Source of the DNA: an uncultured delta proteobacterium
GTDB taxonomy: Bacteria; Desulfobacterota; Syntrophorhabdia; Syntrophorhabdales; WCHB1-27
NCBI GenBank assembly: GCA_963810935.1
Contig: CAWEPK010000009.1
Coordinates: 204,999 to 268,998, forward strand
DNA length: 64,000 nucleotides
Direction of reading: 5' to 3'
Below the pieces are notes generated by a model, which had not been told where the DNA came from, searched no databases, and worked only from the letters and a program-made list of their open reading frames with translations. How positions within the stretch are numbered: position 1 is the first letter of the stretch; the number at the start of each line of letters is the position of its first letter. The position numbers and the translations under genes are program-made. This document shows positions 9,680 to 17,812 of the stretch, piece after piece.

Positions 9680-11176
9680 TTGGGCACTAAAGGGGACGGC
9701 CATTCCGGGGAAGTCGATTGGCTCGCCGATGGGCTTTCGGCGTATCTCGCGCCCCTCATTGCCGGTCTTATGAAGCAGGGCTCGGCCGGGACGGGGGTGC
9801 CGGCTATCGCCAGGGCCCTCTGGTCGAAACTCGGCCCCAAAATAGAAAAGTCACCTCGACTCAAGGAAAGCGCAGAAGATCTGGCGCAGGGCCCGGCCGA
9901 CCCGGACCTGCTCGCCATTTTCGGGATACGGCTGCGCCGCCTCCTTTATTCGGATAGTGGCCTCGCTGCGTCGCTTCTGGAGGCGGCGGGGCCAAGGCAG
10001 GAGGAAATCCTGGGCGAGCACGGGGCCTGCCGGTGCGGGTTGCCCGGCGGGGACGATCCGGTCATGGACAGGATCGAGGCCGTCTATCGGCTCCGGTCCG
10101 GACGGCCGCCCGATGAGGTCGCGCGCGCAGTGGGCATGAGCGTGGAGCGGGTCTTCCGGCTGAACAGGCGTTTCTGCGCGGCCGGGGTAGCGGGCCTGCT
10201 TTCTGACACGGATACCGGCCATTGGCTCGCAAGGCTCGGACGCGACGACCCGGTTTTGAGAAGGCTCGACATGATCGACCTTGTGCGGTCCGGGACGCCC
10301 GCCGCAGTCGTAGCGCGTGAGTACGACGCGCTCCCGGAGTACGTGCAGATGGTCCACGAAAGGTTTTCACGGGGTGGGATGGCAGGCATGCTGACGGACG
10401 AGGAAAGAGAGCGGCTCTGGTCGCTCACGCCTAAAACGATCCGCGTCGCTTCATATAACCTGCACGGCCTGCACTGTGGGGCCGACCAGACGCAAAGGCT
10501 TAAGAATATCGGCTGGGCATTCGCCCGCCTGGACGTCCATGCAGCGGCCCTTCAGGAGGTCTTGAGCGGCGGAGAAGTGGAGGACACGGGCGTGCAAATC
10601 TCCAGGTGGGCGTCAAAGATGACGGGGTACAACTACCGGCCTTTCTTTGCCTACTGCCATCCATTCATGGAGAAGTACCCGGAGGGCGTTTCTGTGTCGG
10701 TCCGCTGCGCGCCGGAGGCAACGAAGACCATCGACCTCACCGGCTTGCCCCGCGGCCTCAAGCCGTCACTTACAAGAAACGCCCTGGCAGTCACCACAGA
10801 GGTCTTCGGCCGGAAAGTCGTCTTTGTATCGGTCCACCTCGACCATACCCGGGACCCGGCCGTGCGGCTGGCGCAGGCGGAGAAACTGGTGGCCGAGGTG
10901 GAGGCAGACGCGCCTCCAGGCGCCTGCCTCATTCTGGCGGGCGATTTCAACGACCTTGAGGATTCGCCTGCCATACACTCCCTGCTGTCGGCGGGTTACA
11001 CGGATACCTACAGGGCCCTGCACGGGGACGCGGGCAATACATACCCCGCGGGCGGACCTCAGATGAGGATCGACTACATCTTCGTGAAGGGCCATGCCGG
11101 GGTCGCCGCATCGGGACTCCTGCCCGATGACCCCGACCTTAGCGACCATATCGGAGTGTACGCAGAAATACGTTAA
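9680..11176 (+). CDS. Multidomain protein: unknown N-terminal region, two tandem HTH modules, C-terminal exonuclease/endonuclease/phosphatase (EEP) domain
   Basis: C-terminal 250 aa carry EEP signatures VASYNLHG, LQEV, VSVHLDH, GDFND and SDHIGVYAEI. aa ~126-175 and ~189-239 form an internal duplication resembling IS630/paired-type HTH (DDPVxxR...RSGxP..VAR....V...RF...GxAGxLxD). The start is uncertain (TTG at 9680; in-frame ATGs lie downstream). Confidence 0.75.
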   Translation: MGTKGDGHSGEVDWLADGLSAYLAPLIAGLMKQGSAGTGVPAIARALWSKLGPKIEKSPRLKESAEDLAQGPADPDLLAIFGIRLRRLLYSDSGLAASLLEAAGPRQEEILGEHGACRCGLPGGDDPVMDRIEAVYRLRSGRPPDEVARAVGMSVERVFRLNRRFCAAGVAGLLSDTDTGHWLARLGRDDPVLRRLDMIDLVRSGTPAAVVAREYDALPEYVQMVHERFSRGGMAGMLTDEERERLWSLTPKTIRVASYNLHGLHCGADQTQRLKNIGWAFARLDVHAAALQEVLSGGEVEDTGVQISRWASKMTGYNYRPFFAYCHPFMEKYPEGVSVSVRCAPEATKTIDLTGLPRGLKPSLTRNALAVTTEVFGRKVVFVSVHLDHTRDPAVRLAQAEKLVAEVEADAPPGACLILAGDFNDLEDSPAIHSLLSAGYTDTYRALHGDAGNTYPAGGPQMRIDYIFVKGHAGVAASGLLPDDPDLSDHIGVYAEIR

Positions 11177-11189
11177 ATCCGGGGTACTT

Positions 11190-12812
11190 ATGCCGCGCAG
11201 AGCCGGTTACTTCGTTCTCGCTTATGCCTGGGACCACCATTGCCGCAGGATCTATGATGCCCTCGACGGCAAGTTTCGGGCTGCCGAGCGGACGGCGCTG
11301 GAGCTTGAGCGCGAAGAGCCGGCCGGGATTGAGGCAATACTCGACTACTACCTGGCGTGGCATCGCTGCAATGAGACCTACCACGCAGCCACGGACGAGA
11401 CAAGAAGCAGGCAGTACGTTATAAACTCCCTGGGATACAGGGGCTACGGCGTAAACCGGGACCTCTTGGCCGCCCTGGGCGACCTGGCGCGCAGGTACGC
11501 CTGGATCGAGGGCGCGCTTCAGGACTGTTTTTACAGGAAGATAAGGGCCGCCTCCGAGATGGCGCGGGCCGGCCATGAGGCGATCGACGAGCACAGGTCA
11601 GAAGTTATCATTGAAAAGCTCGCGCACGTTGCGGGGAGGCACGATTTGCCCGGCGCACGTTATGATGCCGCCCCGGATTTAGGCGGTTACTTCGAGGTCA
11701 TGTCGAAAGAGACGCCGTGGCAAGCGAATACGGCGATCTTCCGGAAGATGTTCTTCGCGACTGGCGCGTCTTCCGTAACCATAATGAAGGGGAGCACCGG
11801 GTTGCAGGACGGCCGCTCCTGCCAGGAGGTGAAGCTCCTGGCCAACCGGAATTTCGTCGAGGCGGGGCGTGAGCTTTTCTCGAAGCTGGATGCCTTCACC
11901 GACATAGGGATCGACCTCTTAAAGAACATACATTACCTTCTGACGAAGGACTTGAGCGCAGGCGGCGGGGGTTTCCGCGCGATCGATTTTCCTGACAGAA
12001 ACGGAGTGACCTTCGAGTTCGACAATTTCCAGAGGGAGGTTGCAGACCTGTCGGTCGTCCTCGGCGAAACGGGCCGCAGCTTCGATAACCTACCGGAATT
12101 CCTCCATAACCTGGCCCGCTCGTACTACATGTTCATCGGGATACATCCCTTCTGGGACGCCAACGGCCGCTCCGGTAAGTGCTTCCTTAACTTTTTGCTG
12201 GTGAAAAAGGGGCTGCCGCCCATCCTGATGGACGACCGGGATGAGGTGCTCGCCCTCCCCCGCTACGGGGGGTCAATGGAGCAGATGCACGGCTACCTGC
12301 TCGCCAGGCTCAAGGCGGCCACGGACGTCTATTTCTACGAGAGATGGAAGCTGGAGACATCCGGCCTGCTGCACAGGGAAATCTACAACGTCTCCTTCGA
12401 CTCCGGTTTCCATTTCAGGCAGATAGGCGGCCGGCCGGCCCGGATCGAGGCAGGTTTCGAAGCATACGTCTGCAACGACGCTGCGCTCAGGCAGGCCCTT
12501 GAGGAGCATGCGGCCATCGTTTTCCCTGAAGACCGCCTGCTTTACGGGATGACCATCCACTGCGGCATCGCAGACGCCCCGTTCACGGAGTGGCGGCGCC
12601 CCTTCAGCCTTACCGGGAACTTTTACATTAAAGAGCTCGGGCAGGAGATCGAGGGCGTGAGGAGGTTCGACGTAGATTTTACCGTGGACGCACCGGGGCA
12701 GGGAGAGGGCGGCCCCTATTTCGCCTGCTCGGTCACAAGCCCGGAGGCCGGTCTCACATTCAACAACAAGGGACTCAACTATTCGTACCGCCTCGACGGC
12801 GGCGGCGCATGA
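11190..12812 (+). CDS. Fic/Doc-family protein (putative AMPylase/phosphotransferase) with large unknown N- and C-terminal regions
   Basis: Core motif IGIHPFWDANGRSGK at nt 12144-12170. ATG at 11190 follows the stop of the upstream gene by 13 nt; the track ORF start at 11094 overlaps that gene. Confidence 0.8.
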   Translation: MPRRAGYFVLAYAWDHHCRRIYDALDGKFRAAERTALELEREEPAGIEAILDYYLAWHRCNETYHAATDETRSRQYVINSLGYRGYGVNRDLLAALGDLARRYAWIEGALQDCFYRKIRAASEMARAGHEAIDEHRSEVIIEKLAHVAGRHDLPGARYDAAPDLGGYFEVMSKETPWQANTAIFRKMFFATGASSVTIMKGSTGLQDGRSCQEVKLLANRNFVEAGRELFSKLDAFTDIGIDLLKNIHYLLTKDLSAGGGGFRAIDFPDRNGVTFEFDNFQREVADLSVVLGETGRSFDNLPEFLHNLARSYYMFIGIHPFWDANGRSGKCFLNFLLVKKGLPPILMDDRDEVLALPRYGGSMEQMHGYLLARLKAATDVYFYERWKLETSGLLHREIYNVSFDSGFHFRQIGGRPARIEAGFEAYVCNDAALRQALEEHAAIVFPEDRLLYGMTIHCGIADAPFTEWRRPFSLTGNFYIKELGQEIEGVRRFDVDFTVDAPGQGEGGPYFACSVTSPEAGLTFNNKGLNYSYRLDGGGA

Positions 12813-14428
12813 AGACGCAGGAAATAACGGCGGAGGACTTTGCCCGGCCGTCCTACAAATGGATATGGGAGAGGCGCTTCATTCGCAACCTCCAGGGGTG
12901 GAGTATATCCCTCTTCCCGGCCGGCATAGGTTTTTCCGTCGCCGACTATGCTTCCGGGAAGGGCCTGCGCGTCTGCCTGTCCATAGAGCGGGAGGACGGG
13001 GCTGCCGAGTTCTACCTTGCCGACGCCTATTACGTGGGCGAATGGGGCGGGGGCTTTCAGAAATGGCAGACGCGCCCTGTGCCCGTATTCCCCTATGAGG
13101 GGCTTCACGGCCTTACGCGGGCCGTGACCTTCTCCTACAGCGTGCTGAAAGACGGGGCGGCCATCCCGTCCCGTTTCCGGTACCGGTTCGCAAGCCTAGA
13201 AGATTTTTACCGCGGCCGCCTGGCCATCGACGACTTCTATGACCCGTCCTTCAAGAGCGAAAACGACGAGCCGATGGCGGCATCCGATGACGAGGCCGTC
13301 CGGCTGGCGTACCTCCGCATGAACGCCGCGGCCGGCCCGCTCCCTATCGCGCCGCTGTTTACCCGCGGCAACGAGTGGAGGCCCGAGCACCCTGTACATG
13401 CAATCCACCGCGCCATCGACAGGGTGATAGAAAAGGCGGACACGGAGCAGGGCACGCGCCAATCGATAAGCCTCGCCATGTTCGATTTCGACAACGAGCA
13501 CATTACAAAACATCTGGTCTATGCGAAAGAGAAAGGGGTAGAGGTCGAATGCATAGGGGACTGGGCGCAGGTGAGCCCCATGAATGTCTCCGAAAATATC
13601 GCGCGCCTTCGCCGTGCGGGAATTCGCGTCTATGGCGTCGTCCGCAACGACCCCACCCGGCTGCACCAGGACATCGCGAGCATGCACACAAAATTCGTCA
13701 TTTTTAATAGCGACGAGGTCCACTCCGGTTCGTACAACCTCCATTTCCATCTCTGGGGAGGCAACTGGGAGAGCGGCCTCGCCTTCCGGTCGCCGGAGGC
13801 GGCCGTCATATACCGCTCCATCTACAACGCGATCAGGTTCGGCCTCAAGACGGGCCTCGACGTGGACCCGGCCGCAAGGCAGAACGTCTATTATACGTTC
13901 GGCGCTTACCGTACTGGGAGCGCACCGTTCCGCCCGCAGGACGCGATTATAACCGAGATAGAGAACGCGGCCCGCTCCATCGTAGTCTGCATGTTCGAGA
14001 TAAGCCCCATAACCGGCGCGCCCGATGGGCGCGGCCCGGAGACGGATATTGTAGGGGCGCTGATCCGCGCGAGGGATAGGGGTGTGCGCGTGCGGGTCAT
14101 CGTAAACGGGATGATGAGCCACACGGGGCCGCAGCCCGCAGACTGGGACAAAGACTTTTCGAGGCCGCTGAAGCACGCCTTCAACCGGCTGAGGGACGCA
14201 TGGATCGAGGTCTATTACGTCTATTACCACGAGAGCATTTACTCGCCGCTGCACCATAAGTTCGCAGTCTTCGACGAGGAATGCGTCATTGCCGGATCGT
14301 ACAACTGGTACGAGCCGAGCCTTTATTCCGACGAGATACTTACGGTGACGCGGGACGACCACCTGGCTGCCGCGTTCCTGGAAGAAGTTGAGCTGGTGCT
14401 GAGGTCGTTCAGGGTCCGAAAAGGCTGA
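12809..14428 (+). CDS. Phospholipase D-fold protein with two HKD motifs (PLD/Nuc-like phosphodiesterase)
   Basis: HTKFVIFNSDEVHSGSYN (from nt 13685) and HHKFAVFDEECVIAGSYN (from nt 14252); 539 aa. ATGA start/stop overlap with the Fic gene. Confidence 0.85.
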   Translation: MKTQEITAEDFARPSYKWIWERRFIRNLQGWSISLFPAGIGFSVADYASGKGLRVCLSIEREDGAAEFYLADAYYVGEWGGGFQKWQTRPVPVFPYEGLHGLTRAVTFSYSVLKDGAAIPSRFRYRFASLEDFYRGRLAIDDFYDPSFKSENDEPMAASDDEAVRLAYLRMNAAAGPLPIAPLFTRGNEWRPEHPVHAIHRAIDRVIEKADTEQGTRQSISLAMFDFDNEHITKHLVYAKEKGVEVECIGDWAQVSPMNVSENIARLRRAGIRVYGVVRNDPTRLHQDIASMHTKFVIFNSDEVHSGSYNLHFHLWGGNWESGLAFRSPEAAVIYRSIYNAIRFGLKTGLDVDPAARQNVYYTFGAYRTGSAPFRPQDAIITEIENAARSIVVCMFEISPITGAPDGRGPETDIVGALIRARDRGVRVRVIVNGMMSHTGPQPADWDKDFSRPLKHAFNRLRDAWIEVYYVYYHESIYSPLHHKFAVFDEECVIAGSYNWYEPSLYSDEILTVTRDDHLAAAFLEEVELVLRSFRVRKG

Positions 14429-14448
14429 AGAACGCCTTTAGGAAGTAG

Positions 14449-14523
14449 TCAGTCCTGATAATAAGCGAACATAAAGAAGCTTACGAGGAGGACCGCAGCG
14501 AAGAGGCTCGACTCGAACGTCAT
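14449..14523 (-). CDS. Candidate 24-aa hydrophobic micropeptide
   Basis: ATG preceded by AAGGAG with a 7-nt spacer. MTFESSLFAAVLLVSFFMFAYYQD is one predicted TM helix. Below the ORF-track size cutoff and no family recognised. Confidence 0.3.
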   Translation of the reverse strand: MTFESSLFAAVLLVSFFMFAYYQD

Positions 14524-14741
14524 ACCGCAGCTCCTTGTTGTAAGACGACTTGAAACGGATAAACTTCAAGAAATATGCCAGATCGGGAAGAAAAACGGGG
14601 GCGGCCGGACGGCCTTTAAAATGGGACGAATTTGAGGGCCTATGATATGGGCGGCGTCTCGTACGATAAGACGTCAGGTCTTGCCCGATAAGACGGGTCT
14701 TGCGGGAAAAGACAGAACCTAAAGGGGCAGACGCTCTGATT

Positions 14742-16943
14742 TTATGAGGTAAGCTTGAAGACCAGTCCCGCAAGGGGCGGGAGGTCGAGGTTGAGCGAGC
14801 AGGGGCGTCCGTGCCACTGCACGGGATCCGTAAGGCGGCCGCCCTGGTTGCCGAGATTGCTCCCCCAGTAGAGGCCCGAGTCGCTGTTGAGTGCTTCCCT
14901 GTAAAAGCCCGGTTTTGGGACACCGATGCGGTAGTTGTATCGCGGCACCGGGGTAAAATTGAACGCGAAAACGAGAAAGTCGTCCGGGTCCCTCGCCTTC
15001 CTGATGAAAGAGACGATGCTCCGCCCGTAGTCGCCGAAGTCGATCCATTCGAAGCCCTCGTAGCTGAAATCGACCTGGTGCATTGCGGGCTCCTTCGTGT
15101 AAAGCGCGTTCAGGTCCCGCATGAACGCCTGGAGCTTTTTGTGCGGCTCGTATTCCAGGAGGTGCCAGTCGAGGCTGGCGTTCGCGTTCCATTCCCACCA
15201 CTGGCCGAACTCTCCCCCCATAAAATTGAGCTTCTTCCCGGGCTGCGCGAACATGTAGGAGAAGAGCAGCCTCAGGTTGGCGAACTTCTGCCAGAAATCG
15301 CCCGGCATCTTATCCAGGAGCGACCGCTTGCCGTAGACGACCTCGTCGTGGGAGAGGACGAGGATGAAATTTTCCGTGAACGCGTAAAGGAGCGCAAAGG
15401 TGAGGTTGTTGTGGTGGTACTTGCGGAACACGGGGTCGTCCTCGAAGTATTTGAGTATGTCGTTCATCCACCCCATATTCCACTTCATGCTGAAGCCGAG
15501 GCCCCCCAGGTAAGTAGGGCGGGAGACGGCAGGCCAGGCGGTCGATTCCTCCGCGATGGTGAGCACCCCGGGGCGGCGGCCGTGGACGACTTCGTTGAAG
15601 CGCTTGATGAGCGCGACCGCTTCCAGGTTCTCGTGGCCGCCAAACTGGTTCGGGACCCATTCGCCCTGCTTCCTCGAATAGTCCAGGTAGAGCATGGAGG
15701 CCACCGCATCGACCCGGAGGCCGTCGATATGGTATTTATCAAGCCAGAAAAGGGCGTTGGAGATGAGGAAATTGGCGACCTCGTTCCGCCCGTAGTTGAA
15801 TACGAGCGTGCCCCATTCCTTGTGCTCTCCTTTAAGCGGGTCTGCGTGCTCGTAAAGGGCAGTGCCGTCGAAATATGCGAGGCCGTGGGCATCCCTCGGG
15901 AAATGCGCAGGCACCCAGTCCATGATTACGCCAATGCCCGCCCGGTGCATCGAATCGACGAAATACATGAAGTCGTCGGGCGTCCCGAACCGGCTCGTGC
16001 AGGAGTAGTAGCCTACCGTCTGGTATCCCCAGGACTCGTCCAGCGGGTGCTCGCTTACCGGCATGAGCTCGACGTGCGTGTAGCCCAGCTCCTTCACGTA
16101 CGGCGCCATCTCGTCGGCCAGCTCCCGGTACGTCAGCCAGCGGTTATCTTCTTCGGGGACCCTGCGCCACGAGCCGAGATGGACCTCGTAGATGGAAATG
16201 GCCGCATCGAACCAGTTCGTCTCCTTGCGCGCCTCCATCCAGCCCGCGTCCGACCAGAGATACTTGTCGAGGTCCCAGACTATGGAGGCGCTTTTCGGCC
16301 GCAATTCCGAATAGAACGCATAGGGGTCGGCTTTTTCCGCAAGGAAGCCCTTGTAGCGTCCTTTGACTTCATATTTATAAACTATGCCCGCTTCCAGGCC
16401 GGGAATGAATATCTCCCAGACGCCCGTCGAGCCGCGCACGCGCATCATGTGGCGCCTGCCGTCCCACTTGTTGAAATCGCCCGTGACGCTCACCCTGATG
16501 GCGTTGGGCGCCCAGACCGCGAAGAATACGCCTTTGACTCCGCCCAGCGTCATCTCGTGCGCGCCGAGCTTTTCGTACTGGTCGTAATGCTTCCCTTCGG
16601 CGATCAGGTAAAGGTCGTAATCGGAAAGGACGGGCAGGAAGGAATAGGGATCGATGAACACCCGGGATGCTCCCGTTAGGTACGTCTCTTTCAGCCGGTA
16701 GCCGAAGACCTCCGTCTTACCGCGTACGACCGCCTCGAAGAAGCCGTCCTTGTGGAGCCTCTTCATGGGGTATTCCGCACCCGTTGCGGTCTCGACCAGT
16801 GCGGCCTCTGCGGCCTCCGGCAGGAAGGCGCGCACAGCCACACACTCCTTGCCGCCCCATTTTATGACATGGCTACCCAGAATCCCGAACGGGTCCTGGC
16901 AGGCGGAGTTAATGATTTTCTCTATCTCTTCTTTCAGCGCCAC
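14742..16943 (-). CDS. glgB: 1,4-alpha-glucan branching enzyme
   Basis: 733 aa GH13. DGLRVDAVASMLY, AEESTAWP and LSHDEVV catalytic regions. Confidence 0.97.
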   Translation of the reverse strand: MALKEEIEKIINSACQDPFGILGSHVIKWGGKECVAVRAFLPEAAEAALVETATGAEYPMKRLHKDGFFEAVVRGKTEVFGYRLKETYLTGASRVFIDPYSFLPVLSDYDLYLIAEGKHYDQYEKLGAHEMTLGGVKGVFFAVWAPNAIRVSVTGDFNKWDGRRHMMRVRGSTGVWEIFIPGLEAGIVYKYEVKGRYKGFLAEKADPYAFYSELRPKSASIVWDLDKYLWSDAGWMEARKETNWFDAAISIYEVHLGSWRRVPEEDNRWLTYRELADEMAPYVKELGYTHVELMPVSEHPLDESWGYQTVGYYSCTSRFGTPDDFMYFVDSMHRAGIGVIMDWVPAHFPRDAHGLAYFDGTALYEHADPLKGEHKEWGTLVFNYGRNEVANFLISNALFWLDKYHIDGLRVDAVASMLYLDYSRKQGEWVPNQFGGHENLEAVALIKRFNEVVHGRRPGVLTIAEESTAWPAVSRPTYLGGLGFSMKWNMGWMNDILKYFEDDPVFRKYHHNNLTFALLYAFTENFILVLSHDEVVYGKRSLLDKMPGDFWQKFANLRLLFSYMFAQPGKKLNFMGGEFGQWWEWNANASLDWHLLEYEPHKKLQAFMRDLNALYTKEPAMHQVDFSYEGFEWIDFGDYGRSIVSFIRKARDPDDFLVFAFNFTPVPRYNYRIGVPKPGFYREALNSDSGLYWGSNLGNQGGRLTDPVQWHGRPCSLNLDLPPLAGLVFKLTS

Positions 16944-17097
16944 AGTGGAATTATCGACCCCTTTGAAAACTTATACTCTTCGGGCGGTTTTAGCAAGCTG
17001 CAGCACGTAAACCAATGCTCTGTGCGAATAGCATGTAGTCTGCGACTAAAGAACTGGCTTGCTCCGAGATGCACTCGGTAAGTCGTTTCTATGCGGC

Positions 17098-17123
17098 CCG
17101 GCTTCTGTGCTAAAATATTGCCA
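17098..17123 (+). promoter_or_regulatory. Putative extended -10 promoter giving a leaderless or near-leaderless kdpE mRNA
   Basis: TGcTAAAAT at 17108-17116, only 6 nt before the kdpE ATG (17123). No Shine-Dalgarno lies between them. Confidence 0.3.
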
Positions 17124-17812
17124 TGTCCGAAGGGGCCAGGATACTTGTGGTCGATGACGAGCAGCAGATCCGCCGGATGCTTAAAACTGCGCTCTCCGGT
17201 TACGGATACAATATCGGGGAGGCGGCTACCGCAAAAGAAGGCCTCTCGCAGGCTGCAATTTTCCACCCTGACCTCATCGTTTTGGACCTCGGCCTGCCCG
17301 ACGCGGACGGCATGGAGGTCATATGTCACCTGCGCGAATGGACGCAGGTCCCCATCATCGTCCTCTCCGTAAGGGAAGGCGAGACCGACAAGATCGGCGC
17401 CCTCGATGCAGGGGCGGATGATTACCTGACGAAACCGTTCAGTATGGGGGAGCTGCTCGCGCGCATCCGCGTAGCTTTGCGCCACGCTGCCGGGAGCGAT
17501 GACGAGCCTGTCCTTACATTCCCCGACCTCGTCCTCGACCTGGCCCGCCGCGTGGTCCTTCTTAAGGGACAGGAGCTGAAGCTGACGCCCACCGAATACG
17601 AGATCGTCAAGTATCTGGCCATCCACGCGGGGAGGGTCGTCACGCACGGGCAGTTGCTCAGGGCGGTCTGGGGCCCGAACTACCAGGAGAGCACCCAGTA
17701 CCTCCGCGTCTATGTGGGACAGTTGCGCCGCAAGATGGAAGAGGAACCGGCAAGGCCCCGCTACATCGTTACGGAGGCGGGCGTAGGCTACCGGTTCATG
17801 TCGGGGGAGTAA
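17123..17812 (+). CDS. kdpE: OmpR-family response regulator KdpE
   Basis: REC domain (ILVVDDE, LDLGLPDADG, KPF) plus winged-helix output (LTPTEYEIVKYL, GVGYRF). Directly upstream of kdpD and kdpABC. Confidence 0.9.
   Translation: MSEGARILVVDDEQQIRRMLKTALSGYGYNIGEAATAKEGLSQAAIFHPDLIVLDLGLPDADGMEVICHLREWTQVPIIVLSVREGETDKIGALDAGADDYLTKPFSMGELLARIRVALRHAAGSDDEPVLTFPDLVLDLARRVVLLKGQELKLTPTEYEIVKYLAIHAGRVVTHGQLLRAVWGPNYQESTQYLRVYVGQLRRKMEEEPARPRYIVTEAGVGYRFMSGE

Noticed and set aside
10055-10397. IS630-type transposase or mobile element, suggested by the HTH modules
   Set aside because: No DDE domain, no terminal inverted repeats and no target-site duplication were seen. The HTHs are fused to an EEP domain instead.
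9851-10428. Several 100-170-aa minus-strand ORFs overlapping the N-terminal third of the EEP gene
   Set aside because: They are low-complexity Arg/Pro/Ala products. The plus frame shows an internally duplicated HTH module, which is hard to obtain by chance. The exact start of the plus-strand gene is still uncertain.
13196-14362. 388-aa minus-strand ORF opposite the PLD gene
   Set aside because: The plus strand carries two canonical HKD motifs and is translationally coupled to the Fic gene. The minus ORF is Arg/Val/Ala-rich and featureless.
14811-16679. 622-aa plus-strand ORF
   Set aside because: Antisense shadow of glgB; no recognisable domain, whereas the minus strand encodes a complete GH13 branching enzyme.
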